IMG/VR virus record: IMGVR_UViG_3300035698_017305
Coordinates: 68,814-132,813 of that record
DNA from: a virus
Direction: 5' to 3' (one strand)
Length of the DNA stretch: 64,000 nt
The position numbers and the translations under genes were made by a program. Shown here in pieces: positions 18,136 to 29,300 of this stretch. A model generated the notes under the pieces. That model was not told the DNA's origin and did not search any database. It worked only from the letters and a program-made list of their open reading frames with translations. The number at the start of each line of letters is the position of its first letter. The first letter of the stretch is position 1.

Positions 18136-20388
18136 ATGTACTTGGTAAATGTCAATCCTCAATCTGTAATAGTTAACGATCCGGATGTCCGGTTCTCCTT
18201 TTCAGTGCGCCCTGATTCTATATCTCAAGCCGTTACCTTGGCCGGAGTGTCTTTCCCTCATGGTAAGGCCAAAGACTTCTATAACCCGGCACTAGGATAC
18301 CCAGAAGACATAGACTCTCCGTTCGGATACTCCGCATCACTCGGTAGCTTTAACGATTTTGCAACCGAACCTTCCTCTCCTAATGAAATTGTTCGGGTTG
18401 TAAGTGAAAATTCGGATGACCCCTCTCTGGTAATGTATAACGGCCCCAATGATACAGAGGACCGTAATGACACCTACTATATGTTCAAGGACCAGGAGAA
18501 CTTAAACGCCGGTGTGTACATGGCAGAGTTCGAGTTAGAGGTGACAGAGTATACCTCCAAAGCTTCCGCTACATACTTCCCTGCCGGGGTCCCAACAGGT
18601 TACACCGGAGTAGTATTCGGGGTTTACTGTGCACCTCTACTCACTTCTATATCTTTGTTCTTATGTGATGATGTCTTGGGAGCTGGTAAGTATGTGGCCA
18701 TATCAGGTCCCCCTTCTGACTCAGGATCTAGAGAGTTCTATGAGGAGGTGGCATTTGACTGGAACCAAAACGCTAAATACATTGTGTTGTTCAACACGAT
18801 AGAGAATAAGCTGGCCGTCATAGCCACCAACGCTGATCAGTCAGTGAAGATGGTGGGCGTGGCCTTGAACCTACCCCTACTACGTACTGCTGCCACCCCA
18901 CATGATCAGACAGGGTTCGGACTATACTTCGGCATCGACAACGCTGAAGAAGGTAACAGCATGACGGTGCGGGGGGCTTACTTGTACGAAGGTGGGTTGG
19001 CTATACGGGACGGAGCTATCCAAGGAGGGTATGACTTCCGGTACATGATGGACCACACTTGTGAGTATGCCTATGGGGAATCCCCAGAGCAGGCTATCCA
19101 ACCCTGGCACTTAGTTAACCTGAACCCTATTCAGATACCCGGGTTCTTGGAACTGGAGAAGGGTGAGGAAGATGGGTACATGCTCAGGGAAGAGCCTCTG
19201 TTAGACCTGAGTGAAGCAGGGTATCCTGTATTGGTAGAGACTACATTCAGAGCGTCGTCATCTAACTGGCCGACCACCAAGTTCACTGGAGTGGCCATAG
19301 TTGTAGACGATGGAACTAGGTGTGTATACTTGGGTCTACTACAGAGCAGAGGCCAGAGAACCATGGCACTGACTGGTAACGACTTAGACCTCAGGGACGA
19401 TGATGCTTGGGTAGAGATATCTGGCAACGGCCACAGTTGGATGGTGCCTCATAAGCTCAGGTGGTTGATAGACCCTACGGAATCAAAGATGACTGTATTC
19501 CTTGGAGAGGATACTGAACCTTTGGGGGAAGTGGACATGGACGCCGTTGAGTTCCAGCAATCTTACTTCGGTAGGGCTGGAGTGGGTCTGGTACTACTAG
19601 GGTCTGATAATGAGTATGACTCTGAGATCAAACTCCATGTAGACTACATTAAGTACCACAAAGACCCGGTGTTTTATGACTCCCGTAAGGATGGCTTACC
19701 TCCTACCCAGTCTGAAGAGGACTTCGGGGGGACTTGGACTTACGATGGGTGGCAGGATGGCGGTGTAGGGTTTGATGACGACGAAGACTTGTTGCTTCAG
19801 ACAACTTCAGAGTCCACTCTCCCACTCAGTCTAGCTAGCACTGTACCTTCCACCGCTGCTGATGGAGGGGTGGTGTTTGAGTCACGTCTTAGAGTGTCGG
19901 CATGGAAGGACTTAGATACCAACACGTCTGACCCAGCTAACTCTATAGTTCCGTTCTTCATAGACTCCCCTGTTAGCTCAGGGTTCCGGTTAGGTTTTGT
20001 TGACCTGGGATCACGGGGTAAATACATAGCTTTGATGGACAGAGTGGTTACTTCCATCTATGATTTGAACTGGGACTACCTGTACAAGGTTAACTGGACA
20101 GAGTACCATACGTATAAGGTCATACAGGATAGGTATAACGGGCTGAAGCTATACCAAGACGGTACGCTACTAGTTACGCTGAAGGAGTCGGAGTACTCCG
20201 GTCCAAACCTGATAGAAGATGATGAATTAGCGTTGCATTTCCCAGACTTAACTGCTTCTTGTAGTGTTTTAATCTCCAGGATTTGGTATGCTTGTTCAAC
20301 AGGTCAGGATGTGTGGGTTAAACAGAAATCACCGTATGGAGAGGTAGAGGGTCACCGGATAGCCGGTATCCTTTTAGCTGAGGATTAA
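18136..20388 (+). CDS. Beta-rich baseplate/tail protein with probable ConA/LamG-like domains (750 aa)
   Basis: Aromatic- and acid-rich beta-strand pattern (WMVPHKLRW, WTEYHTYKVIQD...LKLYQDG); sits between J-like and I-like genes. Confidence 0.5.
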   Translation: MYLVNVNPQSVIVNDPDVRFSFSVRPDSISQAVTLAGVSFPHGKAKDFYNPALGYPEDIDSPFGYSASLGSFNDFATEPSSPNEIVRVVSENSDDPSLVMYNGPNDTEDRNDTYYMFKDQENLNAGVYMAEFELEVTEYTSKASATYFPAGVPTGYTGVVFGVYCAPLLTSISLFLCDDVLGAGKYVAISGPPSDSGSREFYEEVAFDWNQNAKYIVLFNTIENKLAVIATNADQSVKMVGVALNLPLLRTAATPHDQTGFGLYFGIDNAEEGNSMTVRGAYLYEGGLAIRDGAIQGGYDFRYMMDHTCEYAYGESPEQAIQPWHLVNLNPIQIPGFLELEKGEEDGYMLREEPLLDLSEAGYPVLVETTFRASSSNWPTTKFTGVAIVVDDGTRCVYLGLLQSRGQRTMALTGNDLDLRDDDAWVEISGNGHSWMVPHKLRWLIDPTESKMTVFLGEDTEPLGEVDMDAVEFQQSYFGRAGVGLVLLGSDNEYDSEIKLHVDYIKYHKDPVFYDSRKDGLPPTQSEEDFGGTWTYDGWQDGGVGFDDDEDLLLQTTSESTLPLSLASTVPSTAADGGVVFESRLRVSAWKDLDTNTSDPANSIVPFFIDSPVSSGFRLGFVDLGSRGKYIALMDRVVTSIYDLNWDYLYKVNWTEYHTYKVIQDRYNGLKLYQDGTLLVTLKESEYSGPNLIEDDELALHFPDLTASCSVLISRIWYACSTGQDVWVKQKSPYGEVEGHRIAGILLAED

Positions 20389-20389
20389 G

Positions 20390-23300
20390 ATGGCAGACCA
20401 CGAATTCGTACAATATTCAGTAGCTTCCCCATCTTCAGCTCCAGTAGCTCGTCTTCTTCCAGCTTCAGTGTCTATACTGCTGGGGGAAGTGGTTAGACTG
20501 GTAGGAACACATAGCCAAGCCCCTTCTGGGGGAACCCTAACCTACGGGTGGTCATTTACAAAGACACCTACGGGAAGTTCAGTTTCTCTCCATGGATTCA
20601 GAGAAGAGTTTGCTGACCCTGGGGTGGTCACCTTTGTCCCTGATCTACCGGGAGAGTATGAAGTACAACTGGTAGTATCGTCGGGCGGGGTAGACTCCCT
20701 ACCTGCCTACTGCACAGTGGGTACGAGATCTGCACACTCCGGTATAGGTTATGGAGGCCCTGATGCTTCCTTCATGTGGAAGTACCTGTCAGATACGTGG
20801 CAGTTGATGCCTGACAAAGAGTACATTACCTCTACGTGGTCCGCTTACATTCAGATGCTGGCCGCTGATACACAGAGGATGTACCAGATTGATGCTAATA
20901 AGTCTATCCACACTGCACCTAACCTGTATCAGAGGCGGTGGCTGGCTTACTCTACCCATATTGATTTGCAGGCTAGTGACGTAGAGCTAGTGTTGGGTAA
21001 CACTGCCGCCGGTATAACTGGCGCGTCGGGGTATCTTGGGCAGCAAGGTATCGGAATCGTTGTGTCCAACTCGGAGATGCTGGTTGCGGAAGGAGCTGTA
21101 TCTGAGTTAGTGCCTAGCAATTCCATCTCTTTCCCAGACCGTAGTGTTGAATATGATGTAGCCCGGGTTAACCCCACCAGGACAGGGTACATTATTAAGC
21201 GTAGTGATTCGTTTGCAGATGAGTTTAAGGGCAGTGGGCAGTACAGGGTGGGAGCCACTCTATCCGCCACCATATACAGAGACAACGGACAGGATATAGT
21301 TGACAGCTCAGGGTTCCTTATCACCGACGTAGGTCTGTGGGTATGGGTTGAGTCTGTTGAGTTCTCTGGTCTGGCGCTGGTAACATCAATAGATGGGGAC
21401 AAAGCATACGTATCATCCCAAACTGCATTCCCTGCCACGGCTGTTGCGGTCACTGCAAAAAGATATGTTGGTAACAACTTCTCTCCACAGTATCCGGAGA
21501 CTGCCTACACTAATGTGTTGAGGGCCCCTTACGGTGACTTTGATTTCACCACCTTAGGTGTGGGGGCAGGCAGACTAATCAGGTTTGGTAATTTAACCCA
21601 TACAGTACAGCGGGTGTTCAACGAGCTCAACCAGAGCCCCTTACCCGTTACAGTAGCTTTGTTGGATCAGTCCGAAGCCCCCTCCGACTTACAAGATCAG
21701 GTGTGGAGGGTGCCTCACGTCCTTCGAGTAGAGGGTATGGACTTTGAGGAGCTGGGAGTTTCTTATGGTGACTTGTTAGTAGGTGAGCTTACCCGTCTAG
21801 ACACAGGAGCCCACACGGAGATCAACCTCTTCGTGACAGGTGCCTCTGGGGACAGGATTGGGTTTGAGCTGGGAACATCTACTCTATCTAACACCGTATC
21901 CGGCTCATTCTCTGCGACTGAGATCGTTAAGATAGCTACTGACTTAGGCATAGACACAGTAACCCCAGCCCTTGACGGGTCCCTTGTCTACACGAATGAG
22001 GCCAGAGAGATACGTGAGATCGTAACTTCTGAATTGTTTGGGCGCACCCACTACAATACTGAGATATCTGTGTTGGATGTTGGGGAATTCCAAGTAAGCT
22101 TGAAGGCTATTAGGTTAGTACGTAACTCACGTATCCCTGTGGACTCAGATCTACGTAGCGTACCGTCCCTACAGGAAGTTATCGAACCGCCAGACGTAGT
22201 GGAGAGGGAAGGCACCTTCTATGTAGACAGAGGAGACTGGGGTCTGTACGAGATGGACAGAGAACCTGTCAGGCTCCTAGAGAATGAAGACTTTATCATT
22301 GATTTCTTAGCTGGGTTTACCGGCTGGGGTGCAGTCACTATCATGGAGTCTGATGTAGTTACCATTGAGTCTGGTAACCTGATCCAGCGAGGGGTTATCC
22401 CCGGTGACTCCCTATACCTGCTAGAGACAGAGGTGGCGGGTGATTACAAGATCCTTGAGGTCCTGTCCGATACCGAAGTTAGAGTGGACGCACCACTACT
22501 GTCAGACCAAGCCGGTATTTTATACAGAGTAGATAGAGCAGAGGAGGGTACCTACCTTAGGTTTAACGACCTGCTACTGACTCCTTCTAACCCGGCCCCT
22601 GAGAGATGGTGGGCTGAGATGTCCCTGTTCGACAACAGCGTGGCCATAGAGGATAACTTCGGTTACCCACTGGGTGTGCTGAGAGAGGACATGCCAGAGT
22701 CTGAAGCGGCGGTGTCGTACATGTCTGCTATCCGTGGACTTATGTTCGCCTCATCCTATGGACCACACGTTCATAACCTCAGGATAGGTGCTCAGATACT
22801 GTTGGGGCTACCAGTGGCAGAGGTTAGGGGTATCATCGCATCCATCGACAAGGTGTATGAGATCAATCCCTACACCAATGAGCCTAGGTTTGGACGGATG
22901 GTTCTGGAAGATGTTGATGACAATGACCAGCCCCTTGGGAAACTGAGGCCATACATATTCCCCTACCAAGGTAATCAGGTACTGGAATACTACAATAGCA
23001 TGGGGTACTCCCCATCTGCTGACGACGTGGCCTATGAAGGGATCGTAGCCGGGGTTGAAACTAACCCAGCCACAGACCTTGAGTACGCCGTGGGTGATGT
23101 AGTAGAAGCCCTGGCCCCGCTGTGTACTGGGGTTGAAGTGTACGACTACATCGAGGACCCAGACTGGTGGGTACCCGTGGTCGGCTCCGGTATATATGAC
23201 TCTGAGCTCATGAAGTATCACAACTTCTTGGTTAGAGCTGACGTTGACATATCAGACACCAACAACCTACCAGTGCTGGTTGAATACCTACGTGGTATTG

Positions 23301-25669
23301 CTAGGCCAGCTCACAAAGATGTACTGGTTGTAGCTAGTAAGCATGTAGTGGATACAGTTGAGGTCAAAGACAATGTTGATATCAATCTACAACGTGACTT
23401 CTACGACAACATCCACGGGCTAGAGTCTCCGTTCATTCAAGACTGGGTTAACGGGAACAGCGTAGAGCTTAATAGGATTGGGCACAACCCATTCACTCGC
23501 AGAACTATCTTCATAGGGGAAGATCTGGTGGTTGGAACTGACGGGTCCGCTTCTACTGAACGTGGGGGTTTGACCGGTCCTTACATTGGAACCCCCTCCG
23601 TCTACCATGACGGTCAGATAGTAAAGGAAGGGGACATCCTCTTCATCATTGATGGTAGGAACCGGGGCAGGTATCTCATCTCAACCGTAGACTCAGACAC
23701 TGAGTTCACCTTTGAGGCTATAACTGAGTCCGGGTTTAGCCCAGACACCCCACCCATGACTGAGGTGGAGGCTGCGGTTGACCAGCGGTTCTTTATCGAG
23801 AGGGAATTGAATAACCCATTAGTAACTGGTTACTTCCTACTGTCAGAGGATGGAGACGCGTACTTATACAGCACCATGGTATCTGGGGGGTACGTTGAAG
23901 ACTTCTCTACAGATTTTGAGAGTGATACTATAGGCTCCCACCCCACAGGGTTTACATTCTCCGAGCCGGGTACAGCTACTGTCACAGTACAGGATGATGG
24001 AGCCCCACGGGAACAGGTGACCCGTCTTATAAGTGGCAACGTGGGGGCAGACCATGCAGTTATGTATTACAACTTGGTAGATGATGCTGTATCTACATCG
24101 CACATAACGTTTTCCATGTGGGCTTGGAGGGCAGCGAGTGCCGGAGAAGACCTGCACCTATCATTATTTGATGATGACGATGATCTGGTAGCTGCGGTAC
24201 TCATAAAGCCAGGGTTTAGTGTATGGGATGCAGACAAGGTAGACACTGGGTGGACTTGGGCGGACTCAACATGGCATTGGTTTGAAGTAGATGTAGACCT
24301 TGATGCTGATGTTGTTACCATGACCATGGACTCCAGCACATACGTTACCACCGTTTGTGCTGACCATGCAGCGGGCACCGCACTCAAGCGGATTATGATG
24401 CGTATGTCAGGAACAGTGTCCCCTAAGACTGCATTTCTAGATGACTTTACTGTAACCTATCAAGACCCTCCCGAATTTGAGGACCCTATAGGTTTGTTTG
24501 TAGAGAACGTGGGGCCCGGAGATCTGTTAGCTTTGAACTTCGCTATTGTCCCCGGTGGGGATATGTCTGGCGGGTGTATGACCTTCCCCATAGCAGGCAT
24601 AGGTCTTGATGATGACACCCTTTACCCATTTGTGGATAGGAACGTCGTCTACTTAGCTGACGCAGTAACAGGGATGACCACGGGGTTAGAAGGAGAGTAC
24701 GGTACGTTTGAGATACATAAGAAGCTGCTGTCTGTTGCCCCATTAGTACAAAGATCAGACACAGAATCTACGTTGGCTATGAGTACCGTATCTAAAGCCA
24801 TACAACTGGGCAATGAACCATACTATACCAACGTCTTGTTAGGTCAAGATGATCTCAGGTGTCTGCCTAAGTTGATTGTGGATAGTGGCCTGGATGAAGG
24901 TAAAGAATACAGCATACTATTCTCTGTAATATTTGGGGGAGATACCTTGGCTTATGTAGACCCGATCCCAGCAAACTCTCATTCAGGTGAGGCGTTTAGG
25001 ATCGTTGGGTGCTATGACAAGGAGGACAAGTCTGTCGGCGCTGACCTACTAGCTACTGTCCCTGAGGACGCCTGGGCTATTGGGTGGTACGAGGTGGACC
25101 TTATACATAGTGGTGCAGACATGGCCACATGGGGTGACCCGGAAGAAGGGGAGTTCCATAACGAAGTGTTTGGGGTGTCCACCCCAATGGTCTCAGCTTT
25201 GGAGGGCGATATACTGATCATCACCTCTACTGAAGCTAGCACCTGCCCCGACCGGCTACAGACTGTAGTGACTTGTAACTACACTGTTGAAAGTGTGGCT
25301 GTAATAGGACTCGACACGGTGGTAACTCTGGACAGGGACATCCCTGAGGGTATCGGCTACACCTATGAGTTGGTAAGGCCCACGGAGAACTACACTGTGA
25401 CCGGTGTGTACCCAGCGTCCATAGCTACAGTAAATGGAGACACTCCCACAGATCTTAGGTCTTTCTCTGGTAGGTACGTAGAATTCATATCAGGGTTGAT
25501 GTCCACTGAGGATTACGAGGTAGGGCTAGGACCTGGACAGCACACTATCATAGATGTGGATGGGTCTGACGTTTACACTGCGGCCCTCGGTGGGTATGAT
25601 AACACCGCACCTAACACCCACGCCGTAAAGATTTGGGCTAGGTCTAAACTATTTGGAGTGTACGGGTAG
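20390..25669 (+). CDS. Large baseplate wedge protein (P2 gpI / T4 gp7-like) with an N-terminal PKD/Ig-like domain (1759 aa)
   Basis: YGWSFTKTPTGS...FVPDLPGEYEVQLVV (PKD-like); YMSAIRGLM...NLRIGAQILLG and YLRGIARPAH (gpI-like); lectin-like insert at about 23880-24470. Confidence 0.6.
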   Translation: MADHEFVQYSVASPSSAPVARLLPASVSILLGEVVRLVGTHSQAPSGGTLTYGWSFTKTPTGSSVSLHGFREEFADPGVVTFVPDLPGEYEVQLVVSSGGVDSLPAYCTVGTRSAHSGIGYGGPDASFMWKYLSDTWQLMPDKEYITSTWSAYIQMLAADTQRMYQIDANKSIHTAPNLYQRRWLAYSTHIDLQASDVELVLGNTAAGITGASGYLGQQGIGIVVSNSEMLVAEGAVSELVPSNSISFPDRSVEYDVARVNPTRTGYIIKRSDSFADEFKGSGQYRVGATLSATIYRDNGQDIVDSSGFLITDVGLWVWVESVEFSGLALVTSIDGDKAYVSSQTAFPATAVAVTAKRYVGNNFSPQYPETAYTNVLRAPYGDFDFTTLGVGAGRLIRFGNLTHTVQRVFNELNQSPLPVTVALLDQSEAPSDLQDQVWRVPHVLRVEGMDFEELGVSYGDLLVGELTRLDTGAHTEINLFVTGASGDRIGFELGTSTLSNTVSGSFSATEIVKIATDLGIDTVTPALDGSLVYTNEAREIREIVTSELFGRTHYNTEISVLDVGEFQVSLKAIRLVRNSRIPVDSDLRSVPSLQEVIEPPDVVEREGTFYVDRGDWGLYEMDREPVRLLENEDFIIDFLAGFTGWGAVTIMESDVVTIESGNLIQRGVIPGDSLYLLETEVAGDYKILEVLSDTEVRVDAPLLSDQAGILYRVDRAEEGTYLRFNDLLLTPSNPAPERWWAEMSLFDNSVAIEDNFGYPLGVLREDMPESEAAVSYMSAIRGLMFASSYGPHVHNLRIGAQILLGLPVAEVRGIIASIDKVYEINPYTNEPRFGRMVLEDVDDNDQPLGKLRPYIFPYQGNQVLEYYNSMGYSPSADDVAYEGIVAGVETNPATDLEYAVGDVVEALAPLCTGVEVYDYIEDPDWWVPVVGSGIYDSELMKYHNFLVRADVDISDTNNLPVLVEYLRGIARPAHKDVLVVASKHVVDTVEVKDNVDINLQRDFYDNIHGLESPFIQDWVNGNSVELNRIGHNPFTRRTIFIGEDLVVGTDGSASTERGGLTGPYIGTPSVYHDGQIVKEGDILFIIDGRNRGRYLISTVDSDTEFTFEAITESGFSPDTPPMTEVEAAVDQRFFIERELNNPLVTGYFLLSEDGDAYLYSTMVSGGYVEDFSTDFESDTIGSHPTGFTFSEPGTATVTVQDDGAPREQVTRLISGNVGADHAVMYYNLVDDAVSTSHITFSMWAWRAASAGEDLHLSLFDDDDDLVAAVLIKPGFSVWDADKVDTGWTWADSTWHWFEVDVDLDADVVTMTMDSSTYVTTVCADHAAGTALKRIMMRMSGTVSPKTAFLDDFTVTYQDPPEFEDPIGLFVENVGPGDLLALNFAIVPGGDMSGGCMTFPIAGIGLDDDTLYPFVDRNVVYLADAVTGMTTGLEGEYGTFEIHKKLLSVAPLVQRSDTESTLAMSTVSKAIQLGNEPYYTNVLLGQDDLRCLPKLIVDSGLDEGKEYSILFSVIFGGDTLAYVDPIPANSHSGEAFRIVGCYDKEDKSVGADLLATVPEDAWAIGWYEVDLIHSGADMATWGDPEEGEFHNEVFGVSTPMVSALEGDILIITSTEASTCPDRLQTVVTCNYTVESVAVIGLDTVVTLDRDIPEGIGYTYELVRPTENYTVTGVYPASIATVNGDTPTDLRSFSGRYVEFISGLMSTEDYEVGLGPGQHTIIDVDGSDVYTAALGGYDNTAPNTHAVKIWARSKLFGVYG

Positions 25670-25753
25670 TAATGAACACAGTTAGAATTCATGATAAGAT
25701 AACCGTGGCGGATGGGGTTAAGATCCGTACCGTTCCAGAGGGAGAAGTTTCGG

Positions 25754-26386
25754 ATGAGATTAAACGACAAGAAGATTCAGACAGAGCTGTTAACAGGAAT
25801 AGACGTAGAAGGTCATGTGACCATACGAATTCTAGACCCTGAGGGCAGACCTGTTCATAGAATCGAGAAGAATAATATATGGACGTTGACTGGGAGGGAG
25901 TACCTAGCCCAGTTGATTGCATACCAGTCCACTGCATCCACTACCATTGATGGGGAGCCTGGGACACCTTTTCGTAGAGACAGGGTACTGTACCTAGGAA
26001 TGGGTTCAGGGGCTTTCCCCCAGACAGTCAGTGTCAATAGGCTGGCGGAACCAGTGGAGTTCCAGTCCAATGAATTCCTGGCACCCCTAGTTATACCCCC
26101 TGACTTCCCACTATCACCTGCTCGCACAAGTGTGCGGTTCTCCAGGATATTCAGTGGTACTCAGATCAGTTTAGCTGGTAGTGGTACATACGTTGACATC
26201 ACAGAGGCCGGGTTGTTCACTAGCGGCGGATCCGCTGATGACTACGCACCAGGAACACGCGAAACCGGATTCGGACCGGGGGGTACCTACGCTGAGCAAC
26301 AAGCTCCAGTAGCTTACGTATCCTTTGAACCTATCCCAAAGTGGTACGGTTACGCGTTGGAAATACTTTGGGAAGTGAGGTTCTAA
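25754..26386 (+). CDS. Tail-fibre attachment protein (P2 gpH N-terminal-like domain as a stand-alone protein)
   Basis: NIWTLTGREYLAQ...YLGMGSG...ITEAGLF...VAYVSFEPIPK; start moved to ATG 25754, which has a GGAG RBS. Confidence 0.6.
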   Translation: MRLNDKKIQTELLTGIDVEGHVTIRILDPEGRPVHRIEKNNIWTLTGREYLAQLIAYQSTASTTIDGEPGTPFRRDRVLYLGMGSGAFPQTVSVNRLAEPVEFQSNEFLAPLVIPPDFPLSPARTSVRFSRIFSGTQISLAGSGTYVDITEAGLFTSGGSADDYAPGTRETGFGPGGTYAEQQAPVAYVSFEPIPKWYGYALEILWEVRF

Positions 26387-26389
26387 CAC

Positions 26390-29300
26390 ATGTCTAGCGC
26401 AACGTATCTCAGAAGACCATTTCTTATTGGCCAAACTACATACCCATACCTTAGCTACCCTAAGATTCGGTGTCAGATCCGTAGAGGATCTGGTGCAGGA
26501 CTGAGAGAGTATGCTGAGCTGCCCGGAGACGGGGGCATCACTGCGTCCATGATAGTGGAGGTACACCCTGAGACTGAAGACTATTACGTTGCTACAGTAG
26601 ACGTAGCTGTTGGCCACACCACAATTGACGATGTTGTGGACGATATAAACACAGCTTTGGGTGCCGCCACCCAGATGACAGACCCAGTAACTACTCCAGT
26701 AGCGTCTCCGGCCACAGCTTATGAGAGGGACGGATACATCTGGATTGAATGTACGGTAGCCGGAGGGGGGTCGCATTTAATTATCAAGAAGCCGCTTGAC
26801 GTCCCCGCCAGGGAAGACTTGACCTCCTTACTCAAATTCCCTGCATATCCAGACCCACTCGCTACGTCAACAGCAGGTGACTTGGAAGATGCGCCCCCCT
26901 CCTTCCTACACAATGACAATCCTAACTTGGATGTAGTAGGAAACCCGGTAGGTACTAAGCTGCTTGCAAGCCACGAGGATCTAACCTCGCAGTCTATCAA
27001 TAGGTCTCTGAATGCGCTGGCCCTTAACTCAGATCTGGTACATGCGGCAACCACTGCTGAACTTCCATTAGGTTGGAAGAGAATGCAGGTAGACTGCGAA
27101 GCTGACGGCACATTTTATGTAGACATTGAAGACAGGGTGTTCGTGGGCCTACCTGATGGGTTTGGCACCCCAATAGAGGGGATCCAGGCTGCATTTAGAG
27201 TGTCTCAACGAGGATACCCAGCACCTTTCTACATCCCTAATTCAGATGGCAGGGAGTTCCCGGGTAGGGTAGTGGCAGTCACCGGTACTGCTGCAACCGC
27301 CCCAGCTAACGCAGTGTTCCCAATGACCCCCTCTAGCGCAGAGCAGACAGGGGTATATTTTGAGTTTGATAAGTCGTCCGGGGCGGATGGCAACATCCTA
27401 GGTCTTGACTTTGGTCTCCAAGGTAACCACCACATGGGGGCTATCGGAATTGCAGAGATCGTTAATAAGACTACGGTTAAACTGAACTCCACTTGCGCCA
27501 ACGGCTTCGATGTAGAGCTCCAGTCTAACACTGAAGATATTGATGTAAAGCCCGGGGACATCATGACTGTCGCCAGCTCCGGTAATATTACCCCGTTCTC
27601 CAACGATGGGGATTGGGTGGTTGATCAGGTCTTGGATGACACCACTGTCACTGTCAAAGGACGGAGGGGCAGCCGAGGTGAGCTCAATGATCTAGGATCT
27701 GGGGCGCTGGGTACAGTTACATTTAGCACTGGTGGTGAGTTCTACACCAACCCAAGAGTATGGTTATGGCCTCCTATATATGAAGATGCGGAGGTAGATA
27801 TATGGTACCTGTCGGCTGACTCACTGAACGATGCTGACGCTGCGCTCATAGGACATGGTGAGGGTGGTCACGAAACTGACTACTACCGACAGATCGAAAC
27901 TCTGTTCATGGATACGTACCATAACCCTCACTTCCGTCAGTCTGTTGAGGGCGTCGCATTGATTGGTAGTAAGACCAAGTGGCTCCACCCTATGGAGTAC
28001 TGGTTTGACATGGAACATGTCGGTGAGCATGGTACATCAAACGGTATAGATGACAACGCAGATCTGTTGACCGGAGTGTACACTCACCACTTGATCACGC
28101 CCACTACCATCGTTACCAAGACCGTGTACCCGTTTGGGGTTGCGGATGAGCCTAACGAAGGCCCTAAGATTGTAGTGCAGGCAGCAGTGCCTGAGACAGG
28201 TGAGTCTGATATCAGTCAGATCGAGGTACTAGATTACGATGGTGAAGTAACCATAGGTATGACTGGGGATGGTGATGTCAACGCTGCAAGGGATGTCACT
28301 GCCGGTAGAGATGTACTGGCAGAAGATGACGTTATCGCGGGCGACTATGTTCTCAGTACGGCAGGAAGGATAGGGTGCGTTGAGGACGATGTACACCTGA
28401 CCTTCTATGACAAGACTAGTGGTGTTCAGGATTCCACTAATGATTACATCCCGATGACTGAGGTGGATGACGGTATCTTAACCGGACCCCAGGACAACAG
28501 GGTTCCAGCTAGCTTGGTAACAGTAATCAATGAGCTGTACAGGACCCGTACTTACAACAAGGGGTTCAGAGGCATACTACAGTCTGCCATGTTGGAGGAC
28601 TACGCTGACACAGACCCAGTAGATGTCGGGTTCCCCGCTGGTCCATACATTGATGGGGTTGGTACCTTCTGCTACGTGTCAGTAGGCAACTCTCAGATTG
28701 AACCTGTGTGGTCTGTTGGGGATTGGGTGCAAACCCGGGCCACGTTTGACTCTACAGTGAACCAAGGGGATCCAGATGACGTACAAGCTGACTACGAGGT
28801 AGCCCAGATAACCTACGTAGTAAACTTCGAGGGCAGGGACTACCTATTTTTGAGCGCGGCCCTACCCATAATGGAGGCTAACTTCATCCTCCCACTGCAA
28901 GCCTCGGATCAAGAAGCTAGGGTGGGTAACATACTAATACTGGATGACGCGTCTAGTAATCCACTACACACCTCGTTCACTGACTGGGCCTTCATAGGCA
29001 CGGGTGCTTTGGTTTACTCGAAGTACTTTGACTGGGACTTACAAGGTGGTGCTTATGGTGCCGCCAACTACTTGCCCGGCGGACCTTTCGGGGCCTCTCT
29101 TAGCAAACCATATATTGGTAAGCCTTCTACCTTCTCTGACGGTACGGACGGGGCTAACCCAACAAATGGCTCAACTGATGATGTAGATTCCTTCTCATCA
29201 GTGGATGGCGTACATAAAGTAGGGGACTTCTTCCAGTTCTATTTCCCATCCGGAGATGGGGTTGAAGCGGCTGATCACCCATGTCTGCACCCTCATGTAG

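Noticed and set aside
25672-25845. Short ORF MNTVRIHDKITVADGVKIRTV... overlapping the fibre-attachment gene start
   Set aside because: It has a plausible start right after the upstream stop, but it overlaps the RBS and 5' end of the better-supported gene and has no motif. It cannot be supported without expression data.
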